Both the position numbers and the translations under genes were made by a program. A stretch of 64,000 bases of DNA, taken from positions 47,060,001 to 47,124,000 of the forward strand of contig OZ249436.1 of the NCBI GenBank assembly GCA_965235115.1, read 5' to 3'. Positions within the stretch are counted from its first letter, which is position 1. Each line of letters opens with the position of its first letter. This document shows positions 23,585 to 37,213 of this stretch, piece by piece. The DNA is from Laetmonice hystrix (lineage: Eukaryota). The notes under the pieces are model-generated. The model did no database searches and had not been told where the DNA came from. It saw only the letters and a program-made list of their open reading frames with translations.

Positions 23585-24475
23585 ATGTTTGATCTGTGTG
23601 CAGGGCGCCCTCCCTCACGATGCCGGTGCTAAAGTCCTATGTTTGATCTGTGTACAGGTCACCCTCCCTCACGATGCCGGTATAGTGAAGTCCTATGTTT
23701 GATCTGTGTACAGGTCACCCTCCCTCACGATGCCGGTATAGTGAAGTCCTATGTTTGATCTGTGTGCAGGGCGCCCTCCCTCACGATGCCGGTGCTAAAG
23801 TCCTATGTTTGATCTGTGTGCAGGCCGCCCTCCCTCACGATGCCGGTATAGTGAAGTCCTATGTTTGATCTGTGTGCAGGCCGCCCTCCCTCACGATGCC
23901 GGTATAGTGAAGTCCTATGTTTGATCTGTGTGCAGGTCACCCTCCCTCACGATGCCGGTGGTGAAGTCCTATGTTTGATCTGTGTGCAGGCCGCCCTCCC
24001 TCACGATGCCGGTATAGTGAAGTCCTATGTTTGATCTGTGTGCAGGCCGCCCTCCCTCACGATGCCGGTAGAGTGAAGTCCTATGTTTGATCTGTGTGCA
24101 GGCCGCCCTCCCTCACGATGCCGGTATAGTGAAGTCCTATGTTTGATCTGTGTGCAGGTCGCCCTCCCTCACGATGCCGGTATAGTGAAGTGTTATGTTT
24201 GATCTGTGTGCAGGCCGCCCTCCCTCACGATGCCGGTATAGTGAAGTGTTATGTTTGATCTGTGTGCAGGCCGCCCTCCCTCACGATGCCGGTATAGTGA
24301 AGTCCTATGTTTGATCTGTGTGCAGGCCGCCCTCCCTCACGATGCCGGTGGTAAAGTCCTATGTTTGATCTGTGTGCAGGCCGCCCTCCCTCACGATGCC
24401 GGTATAGTGAAGTCCTATGTTTGATCTATGTGCAGGTCGCCCTCCCTCACAATGCCCGTGGTGAGATCCTCTGTA
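23585..24475 (+). repeat. 54/56-bp tandem repeat x16, each containing a splice acceptor and an ATG
   Basis: Unit atgtttgatctgtgtgcag|gccgccctccctcacgATGccggtatagtgaagtcct; the last copy runs into the real CDS. Confidence 0.95.
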
Positions 24476-24664
24476 CGCCCCCGGTCCAGCAAGCAGCCGT
24501 GGGGCACGATCCTCCAACCCGAGTACGGACTCGGACACCAGCGGATGACGTCCTATGAACTCGACCAGACTGTCTCCCGTCTGTCGTACGTCCCTCACCG
24601 CCCCGAGCGACTCGCCGAGCGTCCCCGCCAGGCAGACCTGGACAAGGCCGGCATCGAGGAAATG
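24452..24664 (+). CDS. Uncharacterised 110-aa protein, coding exon 1
   Basis: Acceptor tgtgcag|g at 24435/6; ATG 24452; MPVVRSSVRPRSSKQPWGTILQPEYGLGHQRMTSYELDQTVSRLSYVPHRPERLAERPRQADLDKAGIEEM; donor atg|gtaagg, phase 0; GC3-rich codons. Confidence 0.8.
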
Positions 24665-25280
24665 GTAAGGGTCGGCAAATTTTTGGCAATATTCGAGAAC
24701 AATTCTTGCGCAACACTTTATTGAGTGCAATTACCCGCCTGACGTTCGAACCCCCCACTCGGGAACACTGGGCTGAGGAAAGGTTCGAATCTGTGAGGAG
24801 AGGCACCGGTCCGAACCAGTTGACCCTCAGCCAGACCGCTAGGCCCACGAACCAGTTGACCCTCAGCCAGACCCTCTTCCCGCTAGGCCCATTTCCCAGA
24901 AAAAAATACCAAGTAGTATACAAAAAGTGGTCTAATCAACTGCCCCGCTACAAGGACAGCTATCTTTCTGGGGTTGTAGGTATCCCCTATAGGATCCATA
25001 GGACAATATTGAGAATCCTAAAAGGCGGTGTGCCTTGCTCTATGATACGTTTCAATGGAACACGATAACTGCTTGTGTTCCTTGGCCTATCAGCCTATGG
25101 ATGGGCCTTTATAGTTCTGATGTAGAGATATAGCGCAGATTTAGAACCCGTTTATAATGTATTTCTTCTTGTATGTTATATATATGCTATCCAGTTGTAA
25201 GATATTGGCATCAGTCTTCCACCATCCCCGGTCCGCTTCCTGTTTCAACCTCAAAATTGATATCGTGTTATTGCCGGTAG

Positions 25281-25400
25281 GTGGAGCGGCTGTGTCAGGG
25301 AGCCAGCGAGAAGGCTGTCGACGCACAGCGCACTCAGACGAACTCTAACTACCGTAACATGGGAGTCGTCAACTCGTATGCCTGGAAAGGTTACAACTGA
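25281..25400 (+). CDS. Uncharacterised 110-aa protein, coding exon 2
   Basis: Acceptor ttgccggtag|gtg, phase 0; VERLCQGASEKAVDAQRTQTNSNYRNMGVVNSYAWKGYN*; AATAAA signals ~25627-25640. Confidence 0.78.
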   Translation: MERLCQGASEKAVDAQRTQTNSNYRNMGVVNSYAWKGYN

Positions 25401-27224
25401 TGGAAACCATCATCCTTCCCTGCTGAGACGGGCTCTCGGGACGCCACCTGGCGGCCGGACGGAAACGAGGCGGATGTGGCCATTTCCGTGAATGTCGTCA
25501 TGACGTATTGGATAATGCGTTATTATAGGCCTAGAGGTCGCCAAGATGGGAAACCACCTGCGAGCTGCCATCTTCAATCATGCTATGATAACAAGAACAT
25601 TAATAACAATAGATTGGTAGGCCTATAATAAAGAAATAAACGAACAAATAAGAGAGACAGGACTAGGCATGGGTTAAGACTTTTAACGAATTCTTTGTGA
25701 TTCTGCGAATACGAAGCCCAGCCACAGGGAACCTGGGCTAGTATAGGCTAACTGCATGTCCCCAAGCTTTGTAACAATCACACTCAACACCCAACAGTCA
25801 ATCGAAACATTAAAAAACGATAGTCTGAAACTTCCAATAATCGTCAAACAGATGCATAGTCTAGGCCTAATGTAGGCCGATCTAGTGAGGAAGATGTAAG
25901 GCCACATGAGCCTAAGCCTATAGTATAATTTCAGGTGTCTCATTTCACAGATGAGAGCCGCCGCCGCGGCATCGAAAATTATTTTGGCGGCATCGAGCAA
26001 GATTGACAGGATGCCGTGTGTGGCATCCGTGACAACAGAAAAGTCGGTGTCAACGGCATCCAAATTAAAGGATGGGGAACCCGAAAAATCATTATGAGAT
26101 TCCTATTTCTGCAAGAATGTTAATAAAAGTAGATGCCCCCAATAGCCTATTAATAGGCGTAGTGACTTTTGTTAGGCCTAATGAAAAAAAATGTGTTTTT
26201 TTTCAGCTAACTCTATAAGACCTTGGATTTTGTTCCCAGATGCCAGGAAAACGCGTATTTGGCACTTTAATTTTCAAATCTTTCTGGGGGAGGGCCGCTA
26301 GTCCCAACCCCCAACCCGTTTCCCATAAAGTGGACCACAAAATATCGTTTTTCTGACACGGAATGTCGAGTCCGTCGCCTCCAGCCAATCTCCTCCCAAA
26401 CGCCATCTCGAACACGACCTGAGGGACGTCCCAGCCCGCCCCGTTTCAATATCGAGTGATGTCTTTCCAAAGATATCTTCTGGAGCGTCTCAGCCGATGA
26501 GCACTCTGTATGGATGGTATCAGCGATCATTTTTGGGTCAGCGACGTTTTCAAGACTCTTTCGGTGATATTGAACCGCACAGAACTGCCAGTCGCCGAGG
26601 ACGTCTGCACATCAGAGGCTCCCCCTGGCGGATGCTGTGGTAACCATTCCGACTCGTCTCATATATTATGCACGGTACGTGGCACGCCGTCCCGGGTGTG
26701 ATAATCGACCGGCGGTCGTTGGGGGAGGGTCCGGGACAGAGACCGCCACCACCACCACCACCGTCACCGCTGACAGTGACTGTCAGTGACGCGCAGGCAC
26801 TGTGGCAGACACGGCAGGCGAGGAGGACTCCTGTAGCCGTACAGAGGTCAGTTAACAAGTCGTTCTGCTCATCTCAAACATTGCTCACCCGGGTAATCAG
26901 GTTGGTTATTCCATATCACTTTCTGTCACGATTACGTAATCCTAGTCAAGGCCTCCCTTGGCTCAGTCGGTGTTGTCACAACATTTCACGCCTGCTTTGA
27001 TAAACGAAACGGAGCTATCCCATGGTAACGCATAGATCCGCCTGGTAAATATGACCACGACATTTGGTGATGAGATCTTAAAAATATTTCATTTAGGCCT
27101 AGAGTCTATCCCGAATACAGCTGCTAACCCTGCCTCTAGCCTTAATTACGTGGGAATGTTATTCCATGGGACCAGTATGCAGCACTTTGGGGGTGGGGTG
27201 GGGGGCCTGTGCCTCGAGGGGATG

Positions 27225-28162
27225 ACTGAGATCAACTAGGCCTAGGCCGAAATCAACACATTCTGGGATTAGCCCGTCAATCAACAAGTTTAGGGGGCTC
27301 ACGAGTGTTTCAAGGGACATCACTGAGATCATCTCGGCCGAAATCAATCTGGGATTAGCCAGTCAAGCAACAAGTTTAGGGGGCTCACGAGTGTTTCAAG
27401 GGACATCACTGAGATCATCTCGGCCGAAATCAACACATTCTGGGATTAGCCAGTCAAGTAACAAGTTTAGGGGGCTCACGAGTGTTTCAAGGAACATCAC
27501 TGAGATCAACTATAGGCTGAAATCAACACATTCTGTGATTAGCCGGTCAAGCAACACGTTAGGGGCTCCGTGCTTCGAGGAACATCACTAAGATCAACTA
27601 GGCTGAAATCAACACATTCTGTGATTAGCCAGTCAAGCAACACGTTAGGGGCCCCGTGCTTCGAGGAACATCACTGAGATCAACTAGGCTGAAATCAACA
27701 CATTCTGTGATTAGCCAGTCAAGCAACACGTTAGGGGCCCCGTGCTTCGAGGAACATCACTGAGATCAACTAGGCTGAAATCAACACATTCTGGGATTAG
27801 CCAGTCAAGCAACACGTTAGGGGCCCCGTGCTTCGAGGAACATCACTGAGATCAACTAGGCTGAAATCAACACATTCTGGGATTAGCCAGTCAAGCAACA
27901 CGTTAGGGGCCCCGTGCTTCGAGGAACATCACTGAGATCAACTAGGCTGAAATCAACACATTCTGGGATTACCAAGTCAAGCAACACGTTAGGGGCTCCG
28001 TGATTCGAGGAACATCACTGAGATCATCTCGGCCGAAATCAACACATTCTGGGATTAGCCAGTCAAGCAACACGTTAGGGGCTCCGTGCTTCGAGGAACA
28101 TCACTGAGATCATCTCGGCCGAAATCAACACATTCTGGGATTAGCCAGTCAAGCAACACGTT
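27225..28162. repeat. 86-bp minisatellite
   Basis: Unit catcactgagatcaactaggctgaaatcaacacattctg.gattagccagtcaagcaacacgttaggggccccgtgcttcgaggaa, about 11 copies. Confidence 0.95.
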
Positions 28163-29299
28163 TAGGCTGCCCGTGTTTCGAGACCTACTGTGGCCCCTTT
28201 ACTTGCGACTCCGTGTAGGCAGGACATCCTATTTCAGCGCAATACCCACTACCACTAGACCCCCCCCCCCCCCGGTCCCGGCAAGAGATGAAGATATAAA
28301 TGGACGATAATTTGAGACTATTCAGTATTAAAGTTACTTGTCACCATTTACATCGCCCTACTCTACTTTCGGTGATTAGGGTGAAGAGCCCCAGATTAAT
28401 GACAGCTGTTAATCTCAGTGGTGTAAGGTCAGGAGATCACCAGAACTGCATTGAAGATTAATGACTTGTTGACCTTAATTTATCCCATTCCCCCTTTAAT
28501 AATTTAAATTAAATAGCCAACTGGAGGGTTATTAAGGGTTAAGTTGATGTGCTTTGGAATTTAAATGTGTCCAAACTAACCCAAGCTTATAAGAGAAGAG
28601 GCCAGAAAATCTTCAAAAAAAGTTCCTCATCTACCAAAGCCTCTATTGGGCGTTCCTCCAATTTGTTGGAAGTAAATAGTTTATGAGGGGCCTTACCTGA
28701 TTTGATTATATTGTCGGTAGACATTTCTGTCATATAGTCCTTCTATATTGGTGTTTTTCGTGAATTAACGTAATTTAAACGCCAAATTTGTCGCCAGTCT
28801 CCTTATATATAGGCTTACAATACAAGGATATGTTTCCTATGATTGACTATACGCTGCGTACACATAATTTTAATAAAATGGCACGAGGAGCCTGAAATTG
28901 ACAGCCATGGAACGAAACTCTCGTTTTTAGATAAACCAATCTATCCAGGCAATCTAACAAATTGCTCCAGGAGAGGACTGCGTTATAGTGTGACAAAGGT
29001 CAACGGGCTCGTGTGCTGCCATCTATCGGTCGAACTGGCACTGATTGCGTTAGAGATGTTGACATAATGACGGTACATTACCCCCGACCCAGATACAAGG
29101 CTGTCCCGTGCGAGCAATCACCCCCATTCTCACAGATTTATTGACACCCTGCGCTTGCTGATCACATGAGGATAAGAAATCCTCCGATTTTAACGGGATT
29201 TCATGTCGTGTCTCAATCACGGCTCCCATGATCTTCAGTAGGAATCGAACTTTTAGGTTGGGGATAAGTTGGTTTTTTTTTTTTTGGGGGGGGGGGGGG

Positions 29300-29640
29300 G
29301 GAGGAGGTCTGGGGGCTGGGACTAGGGGTTATTTATGGGTTTGGGGGAGGTCTGGAGACAGGGACTAGGGGGTTAGTTGTGGGTTTGGGGGAGGTCTGGG
29401 GACTAGGACTAGGGGTCAGTTATGGATTTGTGGAGGTCTGGGGACTGGGACTAGGAGTTCGTTATGGGTTTGGGGGAGGCTGGGGACAGGGACTAGGAGT
29501 TCGTTATGGGTTTGGGGGAGGTCTGGGGACTGGGACTAGGGGTTAGTTATGGGTTTGTGGAGGTCTGGGGACAGGGACTAGGGGTTAGTTATGGGTTTGT
29601 GGAGGTCTGGGGACTGGGACTATAGTTATGGGTTTGGGGG
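29300..29640. repeat. G-rich minisatellite related to 19500-21410
   Basis: Unit gggactaggggttagttatgggtttgggggaggtctgggga. Confidence 0.9.
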
Positions 29641-29988
29641 CGATGATTAGTGATATATTTCTAGTTGCGGAGACAGAATCACGATCAGCCACGACCGCCT
29701 GAGGTCAGCGAACGTTATAGGAGCCAATTTGTGTGTCCTATTCCACGGACTGATGGGGGATTATCTCAGCCATCATTCCGATCAGACGGTATGCAGACCG
29801 ACCGCCTCACTTATTTACAAGTACCCTCCTCCGCCATAGAATTATCCTCCGACTGCATGTGGCACTGTGACGTTGAGAGCTCACTGGGGTGGATGGGGAT
29901 GGGGATGGGGATGGGGTGGGGGGTGGCTGTTTAATGTTGGGTGTCTTTACGACTGGCGGCAATTGGCCATCTTCCGGGCGAAATTAGG

Positions 29989-30520
29989 CATCAGTCAAGG
30001 TGGTCATATGGCACATCAGTCAGGGTGGTCATATGGCACATCAGTCAGGGTGATCATATGGTACAGTCAGGGTGGTCATATGGTACATCAGTCAGGGTGA
30101 TCATATGGTACATCAGTCAGGGTGGTCATATGGTACAGTCAGGGTTATCATATGGTACATCAGTCAGGGTTGTCATATGGTACATCAGTCAGGGTGGTCA
30201 TATGGTACAGTCAGGGTGGTCATATGGCACATCAGTCAGGGTGGTCATATGGTACATCAGTCAGGGTGATCATATGGTACATCAGTCAGGGTGATCATAT
30301 GGTACATCAGTCAGGGTGATCATCAGTCAGGGTGATCATCAGTCAGGGTAGTCATATGGTACAGTCAGGGTGGTCATATGGTACAGTCAGGGTGGTCATA
30401 TGGCACATCAGTCAGGGTGATCATATGGTACATCAGTCAGGGTGATCATATGGTACATCAGTCAGGGTGATCATCAGTCAGGGCGATCATATGGTACAGT
30501 CAGGGCGATCATATGGCACA
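29989..30520. repeat. 22/25-bp minisatellite
   Basis: Unit catcagtcagggtggtcatatggta. Confidence 0.95.
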
Positions 30521-33500
30521 TGATATACCCGTAATATGTGGCTAAGGTTCTTGCCCCAACCCTGTCCTTCCCTCCCCCATCCTTCCCTCACCGCCATCCT
30601 TGGGGACACAGGGACCTACAGTAAATGGTCTAGTAGTAGGGACGGGCTAGCAATAGTGATAGGTCACTGGGCAGGAGCAGGGGCGCAGAACGGGAGACAT
30701 GGAGACCTATATAGTAAGGGCTAGTATTAGAGACGGGCGTGGAATATTTCTAGTTTTTACCCTACACTCCCTGGGTATGTTACCATGGTGAATGTACCCC
30801 CCCCCCCCGTGTTTCCACAAAGGTGCCCCCAAGAGGCTGAGCCCCCCTGGGGATATGTTCCCCTCCCCTGAACAATATGTCTCATATCTTTTCATGCAGC
30901 AGGCCTAAATGGCCTTCAGTATCGTGCACGTGGGAGGTGAGAGCTGTGACAATAGGGCAAACAAAAGTAGCTGGCAGGGGTTGGCATTGCGTGCTGTCAC
31001 GTGGTCCTCCTCCCATCCCCACCCCCTCGGTCACCCCTGGCAATTTATAATATAGGGTAAGTCCATAAAACCGCTCTTTTTTACTTCGTGTTTTTCCCCT
31101 CGAAATATAATAAAAGTAATTCTGCATTTGGCGATGTGATCATCTTGATATGGTTGTTGCATAAAAGATATAGCGTAATGTTCCCTGGCACCTGAAATCA
31201 CCACCAACACAGTATTTTGGATGAGGCAAAGAGCTTTATTGGCTGTCCTTACCGCAACAGTGGGACCCACAGTACCTAAAACACAGTGTTTGTCATGGGA
31301 TTGTGTGTATAGGAAATGAATTTTTTAGTTAATTTATAAAGCTTTCTGAGTTGACTAAGTTGGACCCCCCCCCCCCTCTCGCCTTTTAAGATTCCCCTTC
31401 CCCCCTTCCAAATTCCTTGATTGGCCTCGATTGCATAATAATTATCTAAATTTGTGAGCCAACTGACCCCCTTTTGACAGGCTCTGTGTGGCCAAAGGTG
31501 ATCGACTTGGGAATCTGCCAGTGTAGGTTTTACAGAATATATGTACTTACTATACCTCTGAGACCTCTAGTATAGACCTGTGGTAGCGTAGATCTACGTC
31601 GGCGTGCGCTGTGACCGGACCTGTGTAAGGATCAAGGCCCCGTTCAGTGATGGCAGATGTTGGGTCAGGGTTTGTGGTGGTGTGGGGGGGGGGGGGGGGG
31701 GGGGGAGGGGGTCTATTTTCTAGGCCAAGCGATGGAGGAGGGGGCAGTAAGTTGGGTTGAGAGTAGCTGCGGTCATACAGACCTGGTAGTGTTGATGCAC
31801 TGATGATGGAGTCTCCGGATGGGGATGAAGAGGTTGTGATGGCGGGCTGAGGGGGAGTTACCCCCCCCCCCCCACCGTAACCGTAACACTAACCCGGACT
31901 CTGTGGGACTGTGGAGACATTCTGATAGAAGTAAACATCAACGTTTACATTCAGAGCTCTCGTTCCTCAATACATCAACCGATATCAGCATATTGTGTCC
32001 CTGGACAACAGAGGTTTGTATCCGTAGTCTAAATTGTTGTCATTTTAGAGTTCAAATCCAAACTTGGCCGATCACAAGCCTGCTTTAATTCACAGATACG
32101 GATCCAGGCAAGAACGCAGTTTCCGACCGGTGCCTTTCAGGGGCAGGTACCCCTTTGGCCCCCGCTGACAAAATGTGCATGCGCCTGCATTGATAGTTCT
32201 AATTTGGTCTACTTTGCAATTTACATGGAGATGTTTATAGTACTGTCTGTATGTCATGACTCCGGGAAGAGTGATGGGAGGCTTGATCTAGGTGTGTGGG
32301 TTACTTAGTCTGAGTTTATGGCAAACACAGCAGGGATTGCTGTTTGGGTATCCGGGCCTGGCAGTGGAAACAGGATAACTGATTGTCTATTCTCATTTGA
32401 TACCAAACTAATCTGCAGAGAAGCTCTATTCCACTGTATGAGTCAAATAAGTCAGTCACAAGATGATGTCCTGTATTACTGAAACCTGAGGTGTTCAGGA
32501 TAATGTAGGTAAATATGTAATGATTTGCTGTTTTTCGGCTGAATATTAGGGTCAACCGATTTGGAGAATATATCACTGGGAATTATTTTGCTATAGAGGT
32601 TTCTTGACAATTCCGTGCTTTCTCCCCATACTCAGCAATCATTGTCGAGGACATAACAACATGTTGTCAAAATGTTTTCATCTAGGCCAAGTCAGTACCG
32701 GAACCGGAAATTACTAGCCATCTTGTTTAAGCACCACACCATTATACGCTGAACCATTTCATTCCTTCTCTGCCACCAATTAATTAACAGCCTTAGAACT
32801 TGAAAACGACAAAAAGTTGAAAGCAGCAGTTCTAAGGAAACACAGACGGAAAGGCAGGGTAGAAAATTAACGTCTGGGACACTAATGACTGCCAGAGACG
32901 AACAGACAGACACAAAGTGGGCAGTAGACGTGTGCAAGCGAATGTCAACCGTGTCAGAATCTCTCGGCTCAAATATGTAGCTGGCAGGATACCTTTATAT
33001 AACATTGAATATTTCTATACCATATTTATAAAATATTGGTATACCTATAATAACTCTAATAACGGGATCATGAGCCACAAGGCCTATTTATATTCCTGTT
33101 TGGTAATATTTGAATGTTTTATTGTCTAATATTTGTTGAGGAGTATCAGAAATGAAGCAATCTAACATTCTGTGTATCAACTTTATATCGTCCTTCAGCC
33201 AGTTTAGCTTGAGGATATCTTGACAACGTTCTATCCTGCAATTTGGTAACTGATTAAATGGTATTTCTGGCATTTCAGAAGTTGATATGATATGATATAA
33301 CGTAAATACAGAATAATTCATTCCTGCACAGCTCAAACCAGGTGAAATGGATGTGCAACGTAGCAATAATAAAACATCCAAATAAATCCGAGTCGGATAA
33401 ATCAAATTAATGAACAAAGGAAGAAAGAAAGGAGTTAAAAAGGCAGAAACCAAAACCAATTACGGGCCAAAAATTGTTTATATTTAGAACGTCGTTCCTT

Positions 33501-33764
33501 ATTTGGCCCTGATCAAATGAAATCTTTTGATTTGTTGGCAAGAAATTAATTATTTTAGCTGCAAAACTGTTTTTGGTCACGCGCTTCGGTTGACAGCTAG
33601 AGCAATCATTCCCCCTCACAACATGTTACCGAGCTTTCTGGCCCTCCACAGTGTGATTCTGGCCATACAAGGTTTGATCACAGAATACTGTACTTATCTA
33701 CACTTTGGTCCTGAGCGAACTGAAACTGGCTAGGTTTGTGTTTTTGAACATCCATGAACTTTCT

Positions 33765-34056
33765 GATAACATACATGGGCACCGTAAGAGGTAATTGTAA
33801 GTACGGATAAGATAACATACATGGACACTGTAAGATGTAATTGTATGTACGGATACCCAGGTGGTACACTCAGATAACATACATGGACACTGTAAGAGGT
33901 AATTGTAAGTACGGATACCCAGGTGGTACACGCAGATAACATACATGGACACTGTAAGAGGTAATTGTAAGTACGGATACCCAGGTGGTACACGCAGATA
34001 ACATACATGGACACTGTAAGGAGTAATTGTAAGTACGGATACCTAGGTGGTACACG
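33765..34056. repeat. 62-bp minisatellite
   Basis: Unit gataacatacatggacactgtaagaggtaattgtaagtacggatacccaggtggtacacgca. Confidence 0.95.
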
Positions 34057-34374
34057 CCGATATATGTACAAACCTGGAGAGAAAAGGGTCAAATAATCCT
34101 CGTTTTACGTCAAACTGTATAGATTGATTCTCACATTTTCTAAAACCTGGAATCTTGTACTTTGACGGCAATTCCATCTTGCTGTGGTTTGATGTTCTTT
34201 TAATTGTGTCGATGGCCTGAGTGGCAAACAATGTGTCAGCTTAGTCATCGATGTGTTTTTCTTTCATGCTATTTGCAGCGGTTACCGTTGGTACCCAGGA
34301 TGACATACGTCCCTTTACTATATAGTATTCCAAATATGTTTTCACCGTGAAGATGGCCTTTGATGCCGACGTAA

Positions 34375-34380
<6 letters not shown>

Positions 34381-34432
<52 letters not shown>

Positions 34433-34437
34433 CTCTC
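34381..34437. repeat. (CT)n microsatellite
   Basis: Direct reading. Confidence 0.95.
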
Positions 34438-35373
34438 AAACCTGCCGGTGTCTGCATCCAGTGTTTGGATATTGAACGCTTGAAGGTTATTGCGATGTTC
34501 GTTTCATGTTTTCCCCGGACGAACCGTGCTGTTCGGAAAGCTTCGGGCCCATCCGGAGATTTTCACCTTTTTCCAGGATGTTAGCCACTTTACTGGCTTC
34601 CTGAGACTGGAGGCGTCTTCTATGGGTTCTCCGCCGTTTGCGTCATTATATTTGTTAAGCAGCAGTAGTGTGTAGTTTTGAAGCTCTTTAATGATCGGAC
34701 CAGACAACAGGGTGCGCCAATCCTCAGCTGTTCATGGCACTAATCCTGAATCAGTTTTAGTCTGGTTGATTCATACCGAACAGGTGTTCGCCCCTATACA
34801 GATGCATTCCCACTTTATTGATTCTTTGACCTGGATCCGACAAGCAATCACGATTTCAGGAGGGTACTGACATTAATAAAAGTCCGCGGAGAAAATATGT
34901 GTCTTCATAATTAAAGAGGCTATCTTTAGAAAATGGGGTGGATAGACTTTGAAAAATAGCAAATACTATACTGACTACCAATTTCATTGTGATGCTGTTT
35001 TTTTTCAGAATTTCATTGTTGAGTTAAACTCCTTATATTTTTTAATATCATTTGAAGGCAATAGAAAAAACTATAAAAATCAAAACAACGTTGCAAAAAT
35101 ACTTTTATTTTTTTTTTCGTTTTTACTTGAAACTAAAATAATTTGTTATTATCATACAATGAGCCGTGTCACGGCACATTGGTTTGGACGTTCACATAAA
35201 AAGGATTGAGACCTCTTCCAGACAAATAACTGTTTAAAAGACCAACTTGTGGAAAGGAAAAGTATAGAAGAATCTGCTTATTTGACAACTGGAAAGAAAA
35301 GTATGGTTAAAACACAGCGTTTGACAGTCATGTTAACGGTCGGGTTTTATCTACCTACAGGAGGATGGAAGGT

Positions 35374-35616
35374 CAGGGAGCCGGCTGTGAACAGGACTGA
35401 GCAGTGTCAGAGACAGGGAGCCGGCTGTGAACAGGACTGAGCAGTGTCAGAGACAGGGAGCCGGCTGTGAACAGGACTGAGCAGTGTCAGAGACAGGGAG
35501 CCGGCTGTGAACAGGACTGAGCAGTGTCAGAGACAGGGAGCCGGCTGTGAACAGGACTGAGCAGTGTCAGAGACAGGGAGCCGGCTGTGAACAGGACTGA
35601 GCAGTGTCAGAGACAG
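35374..35616. repeat. 40-bp perfect tandem repeat x6
   Basis: Unit cagggagccggctgtgaacaggactgagcagtgtcagaga. Confidence 0.95.
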
Positions 35617-35954
35617 CTAACAGAACGAGAAGCCGGGCCATCCACGGTTCTGTCAACCACGACAATTATACTGCCCTCCGTCCTCCCCTCCCTCCCCCGT
35701 CCTCCTCGACCTCCCTGCCCTGCCGCCCCCGTCCTCCCCTCCCACCCCCGTCCTCTCCAACACAAACTACCGCCACCACTCCATTCTGGCTCCTCCGGCT
35801 GCTGCTGCTCCTACTGCGGCTCCTCCTGCTGCTCCTGCCTTTACCGGTGCTGCTGCTACCCACACATCACTGCTACTGGAGTCGCGCTGGAGGACCGTAC
35901 ATCACCTGACAATTGGCAGTCCTCCCGTAGATAAAGTCAGATAACGTGGGAAGA

Positions 35955-35982
35955 ATGGAACCGAATCAGATAACAGTCATAG
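35955..35982 (+). CDS. Rab11-FIP-like gene, coding exon 1 (start of C2 domain)
   Basis: ATG GAA CCG AAT CAG ATA ACA GTC ATA G|gtaagc = MEPNQITVI; phase 1 fits exon 2 to give MEPNQITVIVHGAKNL, resembling the class I FIP C2 start (PTHVQVTV..ARGL); in-frame TAG upstream at 35928. Confidence 0.75.
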
Positions 35983-36896
35983 GTAAGCAGACAATTTCTA
36001 CTTTAATATTTAAGTTTTCGAAGCGGTTAATATTTTCATATGTTTGATGGTATATGGACAGCGGTGCCAAGATAATTGGTCACGAGCTCTTCATACGTAG
36101 TCATCTTAGTTGAATAAAGAGAGAAATGGAGACTGGTCAGCCGCAATATTAATGTAAAATGTATTGAATGCTTGTTCCAGGAACTCCTTAATACAAAAAC
36201 ATAATTTTTCTGTAACAAAATAACTATTCATGTGAGTTCGTTTATCCAAAGAAGCAACATTTATTGGAGAAGGCCGGTGCCAGATGTTTATGTTGATTGT
36301 TTCTATGTTAAAACATTTATTGTGATTAATGCATGGCGTTGATACGAAACAAAATGTGACAACCTTTTAGATGTTTTTAGTTCAATGGTTTTATGGTACC
36401 CTTGCAATAACGTTCTCCGCCTTAGCTCTTTATGCCTCGTTTCCAAGCTTTCCCGCTGCGTACTTTTTTGTAGTTTATGCCTAGACAACCCAAGAAAACA
36501 CATCAAAATCTACCCTTTAATGTTGAGTAAATAAAATTGTGTCTCTTCAAAATAACTTACATTATCTAGGGTAGAAAAAAATATTAATTTTGTCATACGA
36601 ACATTTTTACCTTATTGACTACAAATGGAAGAATTTAGGCCCAATTCTAAAATACTGCACATTAGGGCCTACTCTTGATCGACATTGAGGTTCTGTTCAC
36701 TGACAGTGAAGAGAACCTTTAAAAGGTTGCCTGTTTATATGTTGTACGGTAACCACCGCTCCTGCATGTAGATACCTCCTCAACTTGGGAGTATTCCATG
36801 TATGTGTAGGCCCTATACAGCATTATCATTTTGGCTTAATGGAAGCACTAAATTCGATTAAGAAAGCTGTGGAATCGCAAACCACTTATGCCCGAT

Positions 36897-36999
36897 TTCC
36901 ACCGGACGCGAGCGAAATTACTGCAATCACTTAAACTATTTCTACTTTTGATGCGAGCGCGCGCATCAAAAGAAATCGCTCGCTCGCGTCCGGTGGAAT
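36897..36999. mobile_element. Small palindromic MITE-like element
   Basis: ttccaccggacgcgagcga ... tcgctcgcgtccggtggaa inverted repeat. Confidence 0.55.
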
Positions 37000-37213
37000 T
37001 ACACTGTTACTAGGGTAGCACTTCCCAGAGCTCTCGGCCCGGTGTCAAACATGGCGACCGTACTGGGAAATGGTCTGTCCTGGGTGTGTCCCTATATGAG
37101 CTTAGCCGTTGCAATAAATCCTTATTTTAAAAATCAATAAGATGATGCAGTGCGTTAATTGGAATTCAAATATCATCGTCAATCAAAATATATATAATAC
37201 AATGATTATTTAA

